Part shown: one piece after another, positions 30,724 to 32,000 of the stretch | Layout of the letters: every line of letters starts with the position of its first letter | Position numbering within the stretch: the first letter of the stretch is position 1 | The notes under the pieces: generated by a model | The model's input: the letters and a program-made list of their open reading frames with translations, nothing else | The model's database searches: none | Told to the model about the DNA's origin: nothing | Translations under genes and position numbers: made by a program | Origin: Halogranum gelatinilyticum | GTDB taxonomy: Archaea; Halobacteriota; Halobacteria; Halobacteriales; Haloferacaceae | Reading direction: 5' to 3' | Length of the DNA: 32,000 nt | NCBI RefSeq assembly: GCF_900103715.1 | Contig: NZ_FNHL01000001.1 | Span: 445,295 to 477,294 of the forward strand

Positions 30724-31532
30724 TGAGCGAGCTCGGTGGCTGGTCCCGCGACGAGTTGGCTCGGCTGGCGAGCGTCGTCGTCGGTGACGAGGGCGAGCCG
30801 GGCTTCTACGCCGTCGCTGGCAGCCATATCTATGGCTTCGCGGCCGACGACAGCGACGTCGACCTCCGTGGCTTTCACGTCGCCGACGCGGCTCGCTACC
30901 TGCTGCTCGACCAACCCGCCGAACAGCTGTCGGCCGACCCCGAGCGAGCGGCGACGTCGACGGCCGCCGCCGACGTCGACGTCGTGAGCTACGAACTCCG
31001 GACGTTCGCGACGCATCTCGCGCGGGCGAACTTCACCACGCTCGAACTCGTCTTCGACGGTCTCGTCGTCGCCGACGAACAGCCCGCTGACCTCGACGCG
31101 CTCCGGTCGCTCGTCGAGGAACGGCTGCCGCTGGACGTGCCGAGTCAATACGTCGGGATGGCTCGCCACCAGTACGAGCGGTCGGTGGCGGCGTCGACCG
31201 TGAGCGAGAGACCGTCGGCGAAAGAGTATCTGTACGGCGTTCGGGGGCTGCTCGCCGCCCACTACGTCGCCGAAGAACGAACCATCGAGTCGGACGTGCG
31301 CGTGCTCTCGGACGCAGTGCTCGGCGACACTGGCGTGGTCGACACACTGGTGGCGGCGAAACGAGGCGAAAGAGAACTCGACGGCGACGTCGCAAGCGAC
31401 GCGGAACGGCTGATGGGCGAGCTGTTGGAGACGGCACCCGTTGACGAAGACGACAGCCGTGTCGACAAAGCGGACTACCGTGCCGCGCTGGACGAGTGGA
31501 TGCTCGGCGTGCGTGGAGTCGAGTGGGGCTGA
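30723..31532 (+). CDS. Predicted nucleotidyltransferase (RlaP/PF10127-like)
   Basis: From the ATG at 30723, which overlaps the RimK-like stop (TGATG), it reads MSELGGWSRDEL...AVAGSHIYGFAADDSDVDLRGFH. This is a GS-x-YG...D-x-D minimal nucleotidyltransferase motif. The upstream 226 codons of the track ORF overlap the RimK-like gene and are not coding. Confidence 0.65.
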   Translation: MSELGGWSRDELARLASVVVGDEGEPGFYAVAGSHIYGFAADDSDVDLRGFHVADAARYLLLDQPAEQLSADPERAATSTAAADVDVVSYELRTFATHLARANFTTLELVFDGLVVADEQPADLDALRSLVEERLPLDVPSQYVGMARHQYERSVAASTVSERPSAKEYLYGVRGLLAAHYVAEERTIESDVRVLSDAVLGDTGVVDTLVAAKRGERELDGDVASDAERLMGELLETAPVDEDDSRVDKADYRAALDEWMLGVRGVEWG

Positions 31533-31579
31533 GTTTGAGCAGTCGCTCGCGGGTGTGAGAACGGATGGAGAACGAGGGA

Positions 31580-31951
31580 TTACTCGACGTCGATGGCGGC
31601 CGAGTCCTCGATGCGGTCGAGTGTCACCTGCAGGACGCCGTTGTTGAACGACGCCTTCGCGGAGTGTTCGTCGACGCGGGCCGGGAGCCGGATGCGTTCG
31701 TCGTACTCGCGGCGGTCGGAGGCCGCGCTGATGGTCAGCACTTCGCCGTCGCACTTCAGTTCGATTGCGTCCTTGTCGACGCCGGGGAGGTCCGCAACGA
31801 GTCGGATGACGTCACCCTCGTCGAAGACGTCGACGTGGGTTTCGGTGGCGAATCCGGTCTGGTCGCGCGTGCCACCGGTCATGCCGCTCATCATCCGTTC
31901 GATCTCGTCGAAGATGTTGTCGAACGGGTCGTCACGGTCGTCTCTATCCAT
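31580..31951 (-). CDS. hsp20: Small heat-shock protein (Hsp20/alpha-crystallin family)
   Basis: The alpha-crystallin domain is VDVFDEGDVIRLVADLPGVDKDAIELKCDGEVLTISA...SFNNGVLQVTL. The start is taken at the ATG at 31951 (MDRDDRDDPFD). Confidence 0.85.
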   Translation of the reverse strand: MDRDDRDDPFDNIFDEIERMMSGMTGGTRDQTGFATETHVDVFDEGDVIRLVADLPGVDKDAIELKCDGEVLTISAASDRREYDERIRLPARVDEHSAKASFNNGVLQVTLDRIEDSAAIDVE

Positions 31952-32000
31952 GCTCCACGGTATGCTACTCGTCCTCAAAAGCCTTCTGAAGCATGAGAAA

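Overview
This is a high-G+C, acidic-proteome sequence typical of a haloarchaeal (Halobacteria) chromosome. The adjacent rpa2, doublet-histone and hdaI genes match the arrangement I remember from Haloferax; that is recollection, not a search result. Most of the window is ordinary, densely packed housekeeping sequence. From left to right it holds: a sugar ABC-transporter operon with a divergent GH13 alpha-glucosidase; tRNA-Met/Ile2(CAT) and tRNA-Asn; the CCA-adding enzyme; the HdaI/histone/RPA2 module; tRNA-Arg; DUF309, epimerase, MptD-like and creatininase-family genes; an ABC exporter; DUF192; tRNA-Val; an FNT-USP fusion; tRNA-Phe; a short low-G+C islet; a TrkA-N channel-like protein; PPOX; NucS; a GATase; L10e; a RimK-type ATP-grasp gene overlapping a nucleotidyltransferase gene; and Hsp20. 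No CRISPR array, cas genes or recognisable defence operon are visible. The most unusual feature is non-coding. The three plus-strand tRNA genes (Arg-GCG, Val-TAC, Phe-GAA) are each followed by one or two more copies of their own 3' end (14-25 nt, mostly exact), 120-150 bp apart. The spacers hold stem-loops whose stems differ but whose loop sequence is shared (CGAGCGNNGCGAG / GARC..RGYGAG), and inverted copies of the T-loop. A related motif lies in the tRNA-Asn trailer. Downstream of tRNA-Phe, a roughly 2 kb lower-G+C islet carries a truncated integrase N-terminal fragment in a frame absent from the ORF track. This suggests that at least some of these structures are att-site scars of integrative elements. 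Several short tandem-repeat arrays (7-30 bp periods) sit in intergenic regions. All G+C statements are by eye and none were computed.
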